Below, piece by piece: positions 1 through 13,500 of a stretch of 64,000 nucleotides of DNA (position 1 is the stretch's first letter; each line of letters starts with the position of its first letter). The notes beneath the pieces were generated by a model. That model saw only the letters and a list, made by a program, of their open reading frames with translations. It did not search any database and was not told where the DNA came from. Made by a program: the position numbers and the translations under genes. Source of the DNA: a virus. The stretch is taken from positions 32,170-96,169 of IMG/VR virus record IMGVR_UViG_3300045988_177309, one strand, 5' to 3'.

Positions 1-1
1 A

Positions 2-427
2 AATATTCAAGGAAAGGGAGGATTAAATCAAATTCCTTGGAATAAAAATAGTAAAAATACTCAGATTTCTATTGGGGAATTAGAAAATGATGGTTTAACA
101 ATTAGTGCAAAAAGAACTCTTGAGTTATTGCATTAGTTAGATTGTGAAAATATTCCAAAAAAAGATATATGGGTGAAAAATACTAGTCGAGATTATAATT
201 TAATTGCAGATTATGGATTGGCCACTAAGCTTTTTAAAGTATTGCATTTAGATAATAACTAGTATGTATTAACACCGCAAGGTTTTACTCCTTTCAGTAC
301 TAGGATAGAAACTATGATGAAAGCTAAAAACTCTCGGATAGCATTTAAAGGGCTTATTAATATTGGTGCAAATGAAAATGACGCTATGGGAAAATTAAGG
401 GCTATTTATATGCCTAATTATAAGTAA
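2..427 (+). CDS. virion structural protein, C-terminal part (putative major tail/tube protein); 5' end lies outside the window
   Basis: Frame 2 is open from nt 2 to TAA at 425-427 if the in-frame TAG codons at 134-136 and 260-262 are read as sense. It sits directly upstream of the chaperone-like gene and the tape-measure gene. Confidence 0.45.
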
Positions 428-430
428 AAA

Positions 431-459
431 TTGACGAAAAAATTTTTTTATGCTATAAT
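431..459 (+). promoter_or_regulatory. sigma-70-type promoter: TTGACG, 17-nt spacer, TGcTATAAT (extended -10)
   Basis: TTGACG is at 431-436 and TATAAT at 454-459, separated by 17 nt, with a TG at -15/-14. An AAAGGAG ribosome-binding site and the ATG at 492 follow. Confidence 0.6.
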
Positions 460-491
460 ATTTATATATAGAGTAAAAGGAGAAATATATA

Positions 492-1025
492 ATGGCAAAG
501 GTGTCTTTTACAAAACTTGGTTTAAATAAAAATCAAGATATAAAAACTTTTGATTATAATAATGAGACTATTGAAGTAAAGCAATATCTTCCAATAGCTG
601 ATAAGCTTGATCTTATTGCTACTGTAATTAATAATTCCCATGATGCGCAAAAGGAATTTTCTAATGCAGTAAAAATAGAAGTATATCTTGCACTTGAAAT
701 AGTTCGTAACTATACTAATATAACTTTTACAGAAAAACAATTAGAAAATCCTTCAAAGATTTACGATTTGCTTATTGGTTCTGGCTTTATGAGTAAGCTT
801 ATGGATTATTTGCCAACTAACGAATATTCTATACTTCTTGCAGAAATTAGTAAAATGGTTGATTCAATTTATACTTATCAAAATTCTGCGGTTGGTATTA
901 TGGATACAATTTCTCAAGATTATAGTCAATTAAATCTCGATGCTAATGAAATTCAAAAGAAGCTTGCAGATCCTAACAATCTGGAACTTTTGAGACAGAT
1001 AGCGCCTTTACTTGGTCTAAAATAA
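492..1025 (+). CDS. small acidic protein between tail-tube and tape-measure genes (tail assembly chaperone-like by position)
   Basis: Intact 177-aa ORF with no TAG, an AAAGGAG ribosome-binding site 8 nt upstream, and a TAA stop. The assignment rests on synteny only. Confidence 0.5.
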   Translation: MAKVSFTKLGLNKNQDIKTFDYNNETIEVKQYLPIADKLDLIATVINNSHDAQKEFSNAVKIEVYLALEIVRNYTNITFTEKQLENPSKIYDLLIGSGFMSKLMDYLPTNEYSILLAEISKMVDSIYTYQNSAVGIMDTISQDYSQLNLDANEIQKKLADPNNLELLRQIAPLLGLK

Positions 1026-1067
1026 TTTATTGAGTTGTCCTAATTTTTAATAAAATTAGGATATTAA

Positions 1068-1106
1068 AAGCCTTATGGTATTTAATATACCATAAGGCTT
1101 TTTTGT
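1068..1106 (+). terminator. rho-independent terminator (or attenuator) between the chaperone-like gene and the tape-measure gene
   Basis: Stem aagccttatggta / taccataaggctt with a 6-nt loop, followed by TTTTTT. A second T-less hairpin lies at 1039-1060. Confidence 0.6.
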
Positions 1107-1135
1107 ATATAGAGAGAAAGGAGCAAATTTATTAT

Positions 1136-4100
1136 ATGGCAAAACAATTAAATGTATCTTTGTCTTTTACTGCGGATGCTAATGCGGCAAAACGTGAGAT
1201 ACAATCATTGCAGTAGGCTTTAAATAATTTAGCTAAATTTGGTACTACAGATTTGCCAATAGGTAATGAAGTTTCAAAATTAAATGAAGATTTGCGCGAA
1301 GGTATGCATGCTGCGGCTGATTTACAAGCAAAACTTGAAAGCGCAGTTAATGTTAAGACCGGCAAATTGGATTTAAATAAATTTAATAGTTCTTTAAGAT
1401 AGGGTAAGACAAGTTTGCAAGATTATGCAACTTCATTGTCAAAGCTAGGCCCGCAAGGAGTAGAAGCATTCAACCAAGTGGCAAACGCTATAGTTCATGC
1501 AGAAGCTCCTATTCTTCGAGTAAATAGTAAAATAAAAGAACTCGGTGTTTCATTGGCAAATACCGCAAGATGGTAGTTATCATCCAGCATTGTTCATGGT
1601 TTAATAGGCGGGATGTAGAAGGCTTATTATTATGCGCAGAGTTTGAATAGATCTTTAAATGATATTCGTATTGTTACTGGTTATAGCGCTGATTAGATGA
1701 AAACTTTTGCACTTGAGGCTAATAATGCGGCAAAAGCTTTAAGTACAACTACGACTAATTATACTAATGCTTCTTTGATTTATTATCAATAGGGCTTAAG
1801 TGATGAAGAAGTTAAAAGGCGTACTGACGTTACTGTAAAAATGGCCAATGTTACTGGTGAAACTTCTGAAAAAATTTCCAATTAGATGACTGCAGTATGG
1901 AATAACTTTGCACAAGGATCAAATAATCTTGAATATTTTGCAGATGTATTGGTTAAGTTAGGTGCATACACCGCTTCCAGCACTGATGAAATGACTACAG
2001 GTTTAGAGAAATTCTCATCAGTCGCTCAGACTATTGGATTAAGTTATGAATATGCATCTAGTGCTTTAGCAACTATTACAGCTACTACTCGTGAAAGTGC
2101 TGATGTGGCTGGTACTGCATTGCGCACATTATTTTCCCGTATTCAAGGTTTGACTCTTGGAGAAACCCAAGATGATGGCACTAATTTAAATAAATATTCT
2201 GAAGCTTTAAGTAAAGTTGGTATAAATATTAAAGACACTTCCGGCGAATTGAAAGATATGGATACTATCTTGAATGAGCTGGGTAATAAATGGACTACTT
2301 TACGCCGAGATCAACAAATGGCTTTGGCGCAAACTGTTGCTGGTGTGCGTCAATATAATCAGTTAATTACTTTAATGAGTAATTGGGATTATTTTTAGGA
2401 ATTAGTTGGTGTTGCAAAAAATTCAACTGGTGAATTAGATAATCAAGCTAAGATTTTTGAAGAAAGTTGGCTTGGTGCCTCTAAGAGAGTGCGAGCTGCC
2501 GCGGAAGAAATTTACAATCAATTATTAAAAGACAATGCTTTTATTGCTTTAACTGACACTTTTTCAGATATGATTGGTTTAATTGCTGATGTTATTAATG
2601 GCTTGGGTGGATTAAAAGGTGTCTTATTTACTGTTGGTGGAATTGCAACTAAAGTGTTTTAGAAAGAAATTGCAAGTGGTTTAAGAAACACTGTTAATAG
2701 TATTAGGCAATTAACTCCAAAAGGACGTAAAGAATTTGAAGAAAGTAAATTGGCCGCTGTTAATATTGCTAAAGAAACGGCGAGAAAATATGAAGGTTCT
2801 GATAATTTAAAAATTTCCGCTTCATCTAAAGCGCTAATGCAGGAATTAAATATCCAAGAAACATTGGTAAAATATCAGGATCAATTAAATGATGAACAAT
2901 TGAAACAAGTACAAATTCGTTTGGATGGCTTACGTGGATTGCAAAATTAGGTTAAATCGATGGCTGATTTAGCTGAAAAAGCTAAAGAAGTAACTAAAGA
3001 AAGCGAAAAGGCCGCTAGACTTGAATTATAGAAAGAATATCAAAATAAAGAAAAAAAAGTTATTTTAACTGAAGCACGAAAATAGTATATTACTGAATAG
3101 AAAAGTACAAAAACTAAAAAAGGCAAAAAAGAGGCTATAAGAGTTGAAAATCTTGGATATGGTGAATTAGAAGATGATGTAAAATTTGATCAATGGTTTT
3201 AGGCAAAAAAAGATGTTATTAAGGAAAATGTTAAGAATAAGTTAAATCAGTTAAATTAGGAATTATAGTCTGAATTTCAAAATTTGAAATTTGATTCACA
3301 TTTAGGGGTTTAGTCGGGTCGTTTACAAGTTTTTGATAATTAGTGGACAAAAATTACTGAAGATATTAATAATCGACCTGAAGAAGAAGAAATAACTCAA
3401 GCAGATATTGACAGAGTTAAAGCTTATGGTAATGAATTAGATCAAATTATTAAAAGTTATGAAGATTTACCAGAAGAAGAATTAAAGCGCTTTTACGAGC
3501 TATTTGATGAAGCAGATAAAAATCCTTTAGAAAATTTAAAAGACATTAAAAATAGCATTTTAGAAGTTGTTAATGCGGCTGATGATTTACAAGGGGAAAA
3601 GATTGAAAAACTTAAAGAGATATTAGGATTAAGTAGTTCTAGCGCTCCTCTTGATGTAGCTGGTAATGTAAAATAGATAGTAGACTCTTCTAAAAATGGT
3701 GTTACTGATACAGAAGCTTATCAAGCTGCAGTGGAAGAAGGAAAAGCGACGCAAAATTATCGGCAAGGTCAAATAAATACTGCGCTTGAGGAAGTAGCTG
3801 CTTTAAAGATGATTAAAGAGGCTCGTGAAAATAATCTGAAGAATTGGTCTTAGAGAGTTACTGAGGTTAGCCAAGTGGTAATGGATTTAGGATCTATAGT
3901 TTCAAGCGTATAGGGAGTTATTAATGTTTTTAATAATCCTGATGCTACAGCTTGGGAAAAAGTGGTATCAGTTATCTCATTGTTGAGTGCTACTTTAGGT
4001 TCTGCGGTTAGGATATTTGATACTGCGAGTAAGTCAACTCTTCTTTTCAAATTGGCTGCAAAAAGTGCTGGCATATCTTTAAAAGAAATGGCAGAAGATA

Positions 4101-7100
4101 CAGAAAAAGCTGCGGCAGTTTAGAGTTTACTTAATGCAAAGATTATGATTGCTCTTGCAGCTATAGCTGCAGTGGTAGCAATCGCACTTATTCTTGCTAA
4201 TGCTTATAATGCTGATGCTAAAGCGGCCGAAAGAGCAGCAAAAGCATCTCAAGAAATGGCTGATTCTTCTGAAGAAGTTGCCAATCGCGCTAAAGAAGTC
4301 TAGGAAGCTTTTGATGGTTATAAGGAAGTCCGTAAAACTTTAGATGAATGTGTCAAAGGTACAGACGAATGGAATGAAGCTTTAAAGAATGTTAATGATA
4401 ATGTTATTGATTTATTAAAAAAATATCCAGAATTAAGTCAATTTTTAATAGGTCGAGATAATGGTGTTTTAACATTAGATGAAGAAAAAGTAGAAAATTA
4501 TATTAAATCTTTAGAAGGGTTTGGTTCTACTTTAAATGCAGCATCTTTAAGCGCGAGTGCTTATGCAAGTAAAGCTCAAGACAATTCTGATGCAGTAAAT
4601 TTAAGTCGTTAGATTTTTGGAGTGAAAGTTGATAATTTTCTTCAAAATATTGAAGAATTTGCTGAACCATTAACTAAAGATGAGTTTAGATAGAAACTTC
4701 TTGATTTAGGTATTGCAACAGAAAAAACCATAGATAATATTGTAAGTTATCAAGATACTGTTCAAAATTTAGCTCAAGAGACAACAACTACTGCGGCGCA
4801 GATTAAAAATGCAGGCATTATTATTGCTAATTCAAGATTAGGCGAAGAAGCGAGTAATACAGAAGTTGGTATTGCAGGAAAAGCTTATTCTGACATTTAT
4901 AATTAGAAATATGAAGAATATGTAAGCATTTTAAATGATCGCATGAATGTTTTCCAAGGGATAAATTCAACACCAGCTTATGATACTGCATCCTACCAAA
5001 ATAGTGCTATTTATGGAACAGGTATTCGTATCAATGGAGTTCAAGGCAATGCTACCTATGCTGATATTTGGAAAGTTATTCAAGAAGAAACTGGTAAAGG
5101 ACCTCTTATGTCCAATGCTTTACAAAATCATGATGGTGGAATACGATTTGCTTATCAAGGTGATGATGGTGAAATAAAATATGCTACTGCCGAATGGGTA
5201 GCAAGTGTTTTAGCAGCTAGAGAGGCTTTAAAAAATATGGAGGGCGCAGCAGCTGAAGCTGCAGCAACTTTAGAAGAAGTATCTCCTAGTAGCCTTAAGT
5301 TTGCAAATGCTATGGCCACGGCCTATCAAGAAGATGGCACCTTTAAATTTGGTAATTATACTGCAAATCTTACTCAAGCTGATTTAGCTACTCTTGCAAG
5401 CGGAGAATCAGAATCATTTTATAACATATTAGGCACTAATGCAACAGATTTTGAAAAACTCGCGGAGACTTATGGAGTTTCTGTTCAAGAATTAATTGAC
5501 TTTTTAGTTAAAAACGCAGGAACAACTAGTGATAGCGTAGCAGCGGCAAAAGAAAAATTGGATGAAGCCACTAATGTTGAAGGTCTTTCTGCATCAGAAA
5601 TACAAAGACTTGCTAATGCAAAAGAAAATGTAAAAGAAAAATCCAAAGAAGCCTTTAATGAAGTTGGCGCTCTAGAAATTGGGCAGATTGAAGAAGAAAA
5701 TGCAGATAATGCTGAAGGTCTATTGGGATTTTTTGAAGGTTTAAATAATATAGATCTTCAAAGTGAAAATGCTGAATAGCAATTAGCAGATTTAGCCGAA
5801 CAATATAATATTACTGGTAAAGGCCTTGAACTTTATATCAAATAGGTTAAAGATTTAGATAAATCTTACAATGTCTCCACAACCAATATAGCAACTCAAG
5901 CACAAGAGCTTCAAAAGATCATTGGTAATGGCTTAGACCTTGGCGATGTTATTACTCCTGAATCATTTAATACTTTAAAGCAAGCTGGAATTAATGTTGA
6001 AGAATATTTCTCTAAAAATGCTTCTGGAACTTATACTTTAACAAAACTTGCTAATGAATTTAATGAAGCTGTTAATAATATTACTTTAGATGCATTACGA
6101 CAATAGCAATAGGACTATGGCATTGCTCTTAAAGAAGTTCTTGACAATGCACATAATGAATATGGTTTTGGTAATAGCCAATTAACTCAATGGATTTTAA
6201 ATACCGATTCTACAATTGATAATAATGTAGAAAATTAGGACGTAGTTGGCAATAATGCCTAGAATTTAGGCCGTGCAAGATTAGACTATTTAAGTAGTTT
6301 TGATGCTGAAGCTTATAAAGATTTTGGATTTGAAGATATGGAAGGAGCTATGCAGCTTCTTGAAGATTATACTAAGAATCCAGAGCTTGAATTAACTAAA
6401 GAACAATTCCAGATGATAGCTGAGATGATTGGCTTAACTAATGATAAATTAGTTGAAACTTCTGGAATGATTGCTTCAATAACCAATTCTTAGGCCGAAT
6501 TAAATAGTTTATATAAACAAGGTTTAATTTCTATTGATGAATATAATCAAAATTTAGAACGCATTTAGGTTGCAAATCTGGATAAAGATGTTGACGAAAA
6601 GGCATTTTCTTCATTAAAAGATACATTAAATGAACTTTCTGGTGAATTTGGCGAATTATCTGAAAATGTTAAAGACAATGAAACTGCGTTAGGAAACATC
6701 TCAGAAGCTGTTTTACGTTTTGATGATGCAATTCAAGATGTTACTGAAAATTATGATGATTGGCTCAATATTTTAAAAACTGGTTCAATTCAAGAGGTTG
6801 CTGAAGTTACTGAAGATTTAGCTGATGCTTATGGCGATTTATTAGACATGGATAATTCGTCTTTCTCTACTGGCTTTTTAAGAGATACTGATAATCTTAA
6901 GTTAATGAAAGAAGCTGCTGAAGGTTCGGCTGAAGCTTATGAAACGCTATAGCAAAAGGCTCGTCAAGACATTGAGGCTCATATAGATTCTACTAATTTA
7001 GAAGAATTTAAATCTCAATTATCTGAAGTTGAATCTGCTATGGATGCAATGCAATTCCAAGATTTAGAAATTGGAGCTAATTTAAACATTGATGGGTTTT

Positions 7101-10100
7101 TACAAAGTTTAAGCGATATGGTTAATGCTGCAGGAATGACTGCGGCAGAAGCAGAATCTTATTTGTCATCTTTGGGCATTGATGCAGAAGTTACAGAAAA
7201 TGACACTCAATAGGAAATGGTCAAAAATGACTTAGTTCCAAAAATTGAATATAATACTCCAGTAACAGGTCCTGCTGCAGGTGATTTTGGTTAGATGACA
7301 ACGGCGAAAGTTCCAACCATTAGATATGAAGCGGTTCCACAAACTTATCAAGATACTTATAGTGCGCCCACTTTAAAAGTTATGAGTGCTACTAAAAGTA
7401 GTGGTGGTAATTTTAAATTTAAGCAAAGTTCTCATGGTGGCGGTACTAAGAATCCTAAAAAGAGTAGTGGCGGTGGTGGAGGTTCTGATAAGAAAGAGCC
7501 TAAGCTTAACAAAAATGAAATTGAGCGTTATCATGAAATAAAGAATACTCTTGAAGATTTAACACGAGAATATGATCGTGTTGCTAAAGCTCGTGATCGA
7601 GCTTATGGTATGACCAAGGTTGCTCTTATTCAAGAGGAGATAGAGAAGACCAAAGAACTTGCGGAAGCCCAAAAGCAATATATGACTGAAATCAATGATA
7701 ACCTCATTGACGATCAAAAAGCTCTTGCGGCCTTGGGCGCAACATTTGATTCTCGTGGTAATGTCAATAATTACGATTCTCTTGTTGCGGGTTGGGTTGC
7801 AGAGTTTAACGCTTCACTTACTGACGAAGCAGAAAAAGCTTATCAAGACAAAGTAGATGCACTTAATCAATACGAAGAAACTCATGATTTATGGCAAGAT
7901 GAATATGATAAACTAATTGATTATTATAATCAAATTGTTGATTTGGAGTTAGAAGCCATAACTGTTGAAGTTGATTTTAAGATTGAATTATCAGAAAAGG
8001 AAATTGAGCGAGTGGAGTATGAAATTGAAAAACTCACTCGAAGTCGCACATTAAATATTGATATACAGATTAATAAAATGGGCGACTATATTCCTGAGTA
8101 TATGAAACAATCTAAGGAATATCAAGATGCTATTCAAAAAATCTATGATAGTGCAATGAAATATGGTCTTACTGAATTAACACAAGATCAATGGGACACT
8201 ATTAAAGATTATCAATCTAAGCTTTTAGAGCTTAACCTCAAGATGCTTGATAAAGTGCAAGAGGTTGAAGAGAAATTTAATGAAGTCATTGATAAGATGA
8301 CCGAACGTTTTGATGAAGCTGAAGGTCGATTTGAAACTTATGGTAGTGTACTTGAGCATTTCAGTGATACAATGGAATTGCTCGGTATGAATACTAAAGA
8401 TTTCGTCACTTATCAAAAACTTTTACAGCAAAGAATGGATACTTCAATTGCTACGATTGATAACAATAAAAAACGCCTTGATACTTATAATCAAGCATTA
8501 GCAGAAACTAAGGAAGCTTTAGCTCGTGCGGTGGAGCAAGGTGATCAAGAAAATATTCTGTTCTGGCAAGAAAAGGTCCGTGAGCTTGAAACCGCAAGTG
8601 AAGAAGCCTATGAAGCATTTATTTCCTCTTGGCAGAGTACAATTGAAGCTGCAACAGAATTCTTTGAAAGTAAAGTCGAGGCCATTATACAGCACTTCAA
8701 AGATAATCTTTTTGTTGATGGCTTAGATGCAATGGCTGATAAACTTGATAAAGTTAATGATGTGCGTGAACGTTATCTTGATGATTTTGATCGTTGGTAT
8801 GAAATCAGTAAATTAAATCGTGAGATTGACAAAGAAATTGATGATACCAGTAATCTTTCAGCGAAACGTCGATTAGCTGATTTCCAAAAAGAAATATTAA
8901 AATATCAAGAAGAAGGCGCATTAATGAGCCAGTATGACTTAGACCATGCGCGCGCGCGATATGAATTATTACTTGCGGAAATTGCTTTGGAAGAAGCCCG
9001 TAATGCTAAGAATACGGTCTAGTTGAAGCGAGATTCTGAAGGTAACTGGGGCTATGTTTATACTGCTGACCAAGATAAAATAGCAGAAGCTGAACAAAAT
9101 TATGAAGATAAATTGCATGATATGCAAGAAGCCGCAAAAGATTACCGGAATGAAATGGAATCTCAAGTAATTGATGCTTTAAACAATATGTTTGAAGAGC
9201 TTGGCGGACTTGATAAAAATGCAGCCGATTATCAAGAAAAAGCTTGGAAGATTTATCAATTCTATTATGATAAATTACAATATCTTGCTGTAGAATTTGA
9301 TAAAGCTTTAGCCGATAGTAATTCTACTTTAGCTGATACAGTATTTGCCGATGAAGGCATTATGACTGATTTCTTAACTTATATAACTAACTTAATGAAT
9401 AGTGTTAAAGATGCGCCAGAATAGTTAATTAATCAGTATAAAAATTTACAAGATACTATCCGCAAGGCTAATGAATCTGCGGGAATTGATAGTGATAATT
9501 TCAGTAATAATGTTATTATTAATATTGATTGGGTTAATGGTAAAACTGAAGACCTTGCTAAAGATATGGATTCTTTTATGGGAGATATTTCTGATAGTAT
9601 CACTAAAGTAATTAATACTATTTAGACCTGGAAAGAAACTTATCTGAGTGCAATCAGAGATATGATGGCCGCGAATGAAAAATGGAATCTTAGTTCTTAT
9701 GAAGTACCTGCTGGATATAGTAGTTGGGAAGATTATTTTAAGGATCATCCGCCTGAAATTGATTGGAACTGGACACCTAGCTACACCGGCGAAGCTGGCG
9801 GTGAATATCGCGGATATATGGTTGGTAATGCGAGTAATAGTGGAACTAGTGGTGGCAGTGGAAGTAATACAAATACACCAAAAACACCGTATACTCCAAG
9901 AACTCCTCCGCTTGATGATGCTATAGAGTTGCCTGAGCATGATACTTCAGATGCTGATGATGTTATTGAAAAATTTTATAATCATGGAAAAGAATCTTAG
10001 TATGCGAAAGAATAGGCGCTTATTGCTGCAGCAAAGATGGCTGGTAGACGTTATTAGGGACAAGTGACTAGAGAATTAAAGAAAAAGCAGTCTAAAAAAA

Positions 10101-10477
10101 ATAAATTAACAGTTCCAAATCATTAGTGGGATGTGTTTGATACAGGCGGCTATACTGGTGATTGGGGAACTTCTGATGGTAAAGTCGCTCTTCTCCATGA
10201 GAAAGAGTTAGTCTTAAATAAAAAAGACACTGCCAACATTCTTGATTCTGTAAATATAGTACGCGATATGAATAATCAAATTAATCGCAATATTCGCTAT
10301 GCATCTTTTGCGCAACAAGTCGCGGCGTAGATTAAGGAACAACTGCAAAATGAATTAAAGCAAAATGTTGAAATTCAAGCCACGTTCCCAAGCGTAACCA
10401 ATAGTAATGAAATTGAAGACGCTTTCAATAATTTGGTTAATGCGGCGGCGCAATATGTAAATAGTAAAATTCAATAA
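1136..10477 (+). CDS. tail tape-measure protein, ~3113 aa, translated with TAG as a sense codon
   Basis: Frame 2 is continuous from the ATG at 1136 (ribosome-binding site AAAGGAG) to TAA at 10475-10477. It is interrupted only by dozens of TAG codons, with no TAA or TGA in 9.3 kb of AT-rich DNA. All ORF-track pieces (1886, 2750, 4943, 7295, 9023, 9662, 10133) share this frame. Composition is typical of tape-measure proteins: alpha-helical, Ala/Lys/Glu-rich, with stretches such as MANVTGETSEKISN-Q-MTAVWNNF. Confidence 0.85.
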
Positions 10478-10484
10478 TTCTTTT

Positions 10485-10520
10485 GAGGAATGAGTATAAC
10501 AAGCTCATTCCTCTTTTTTA
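10485..10520 (+). terminator. rho-independent terminator after the tape-measure gene
   Basis: Stem gaggaatgagtat / aagctcattcctc followed by a T-run. Confidence 0.6.
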
Positions 10521-10599
10521 TTTGGACTAATATGATTAAATAATTTATGAAAATTTTTATAATAAAATAGGATTTAAGAGAGAAAGGAGTGAATATAAT

Positions 10600-13500
10600 A
10601 TGGGTATTAACTATGAAGAAACTTTTTGCGCGGCAGTTGATGAGATCGTGAGTCAACGCATTCAAGGTTTATCATTTAACGCAACATTGATCTGTAAGAT
10701 TGTGAGTGCTGCTGATGCCGCAGAAGGTATTTATACTGTTAATGATGGTTCAGTAGAATTTGCCGCATACTCTTCAAATACTTCATATTAGGAAAATGAT
10801 TAGGTATATGTAATTGTGCCGAATAATAATCGAGAAGAACAATGTTTAATCATTGGTAAAAAAATGTATAGTGGTTCAACATCATATACATTTACATCTC
10901 CTTTTGGAACAATTATTGATATTACAGAAAATATTATTGATATACCAATCAAGAAAAAAGGGCTAATAGCTAATTATGGTATGGATGAAACAAAACAAAA
11001 CGATCATCAAGCTACCATGAGTGAAATTTGCTATGAAATTTCAGTATTAGTTGCTAATAATCGAGATATTATTAGTGATGAAATGTATGAGCAGTTAAAA
11101 GTGCTTTATAATGATTATGATAATTTGCAAAAAGAAAATAATCCTAATGCTGAAAAAGTTGCTATTGCTCAAACTAATATTTATGATTTTTATAATAAAA
11201 ATTTAAAATATATTCCAGTTCCCGAATCTTCAATATTATATGTTAGCAGTACTGAATCGAATAGTTAGAAAATTCAATCAATTACTTTATGGGAGTATGA
11301 GCCTTCTTACCCAATTGCTGGTTACGATAGGTTAGGATTAAAAGGCGAATTTTGTTCGCTTTTATAGAATCTTAATGTTGTTGAAGGGCATTATGGGTTA
11401 CGTTTATTATTAACCGCCTCACTCAACGGACCTGTCAGTAAAGATTCTCCAAAGACTGGTGTTTATGAATTAATATTAGATTCTGATGATATGAATGGTA
11501 ATAAATTTGATTTTAAAGGTTTTTATCCGTAGGAGAAGGTCTTTGATATATCAAATTTTAATGCAATTACTAAATTAGAATTACAGTTTTATCAAGAACC
11601 AGGCAGTTTTAAAAATAAAAATGGTAAAACCGTGAAACCAGAAGTAAGTGAAAATTTATTTGTTAATGATCCTTATATATGTTTTGGTTATGATATAACT
11701 CAATTTGGTACTGATAAAGTATAGATTTTCTCAGTATCTTCACAAGCATATAGCGCGGCTGCAAGCGAACAATTAAATACTAAAGTAATTAAATTGCGTT
11801 GGGTGCATCAAGATGCGAAAAAAGTCGTTCGATCATTAGATTATAGCGATATTGTTGCTCTTGGAGATGCAGAGGTGCGTTGGTACCATTATAAACGTGG
11901 TGCTGAGACAAGTGATGCATATTCTGGGTTATATTGGGAACGTATACCTGATGATGATGAAGGGTTTAAAAATAATGACTTAAGTGAATATTATTTTTCT
12001 CCTAATTTATTAGAGTCTACAGAATAGATTAAAGTAATAATACGTCAAGGCGCTTATTATTTTATTAGTAATATTTTAACTTTTTATAATGAACAAGACG
12101 TAGTTAATCCTGCAACAATTGCCACATTAACTGCCTTTTAGATAAAGCCTTTAGATGATAGTGAAGGCAATTATTATCGTTATAATGTTGGTGGCAATAT
12201 TGCTAATCTGGGAGACTCTTATGAAAAGAGAGTTATAAAAGCTTATTATAATGATGAAGAATTAAAAAATTCCATTACTTCATATATTGATTGGACAATT
12301 CCAATGACTGGAACAATGATAACTGTTTTTGATGATAGTTATTATGATTGGGAAGTAGTACCTAGTTATGTTTTGACTACTGACACGAAATTTTAGCTTA
12401 ATAAAGAATATTATATATATAGTGAAAACAGTTATTTGAAATGGAAATGCCCTGAAGAAGCTATAGGTAAAGATATTCCTCCGCGAATGTATTATACCAA
12501 TGAAGATAATCATTATTATATGGTTACTGATAGTGAGTTTAAAAAAGATAAAGAATATTACGTTCAAATAAATTATGTTCCTATAACTGTAATTGCAGGT
12601 AATACTGTAGATGACTATGGTGTTGCTATTTATGAAAGAGATTATTCTTCATTAACTGTGCGCAAACGTATTGTTAAAGTCGAAGATGGATATACTAATT
12701 ATTTTATTTATGGTATATCTCCCTTTTACTCATAGAGTTATTTAAATAATTCTATTATTGCGGAAACAACAATATCAAATGTTTCTTATGCTACGAATTA
12801 TTAGTTTCATTTTGGACTTTCTGGGACTTCGGGCAGTCCTTATACATTAACTTTGAATATTGATTCATGTGATAAGCCTTATTTAATTTATGATTATAAA
12901 GAACATGTTATTAAAGTAACAGCTAAGTTATTTAATTATGAAAATAATGAAGAAATAGAATTAAACGGCACTAATATAGAAATTAGTGCAATTCCAGAAG
13001 ATGCTGATAAATTAAGTTTGGGTGTTTATGTTGAATCACCTGGTCGGCCAAGTGCTTCAACAAGAACTGTAAGCTTAAATAAAGATTATAATTTTACTAA
13101 TAATTATTGCGGTGCAGTTTTGCAAGCAAAAATTTATTAGAATGGAATGGAATTAATTACATATTGTTCTATTCCAATTATTAAAAATTATAACAACAGT
13201 AGTAATTATTCAATGGCTGCTGTCCCAACAAGTATTATTTATGATTCTTCTGGTTATGTTTATTATTATAAAGATAAATTAAAACTTTTTAATAGTTCTA
13301 ATCAAGAAGTTGCAAGTACTTGGAGTTTATTGTATAATAATAAAGAACAATGGTTGCCAGTTAAGGAAAGTACCAAATATACTCCATAGCTTTATAAAAA
13401 TAATCAAGATGAATACTTTTTATTTCCATCAGTAATGTATGTTGATGGAATGCCAGAAGTAGTTTTAGTGGGACAAGATAAATATGGACAACAATGGTAT

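Noticed and set aside
9446-9940. Antisense and overlapping ORFs from the six-frame track (for example 522..740 -, 9446..9940 -, 30283..30789 -, 34840..35124 -, 38156..38410 +, 61751..62011 +).
   Set aside because: They lie opposite or inside long recoded genes, have no ribosome-binding site, and have low-complexity Ile/Leu/Phe-rich translations typical of AT-rich antisense frames.
1132-10330. The many short ORFs across this region initially looked like a degraded gene or a run of pseudogenes.
   Set aside because: All fragments share one frame, the breaks are exclusively TAG, and no TAA or TGA occurs in 9.3 kb. This is a single recoded tape-measure gene, not gene decay.
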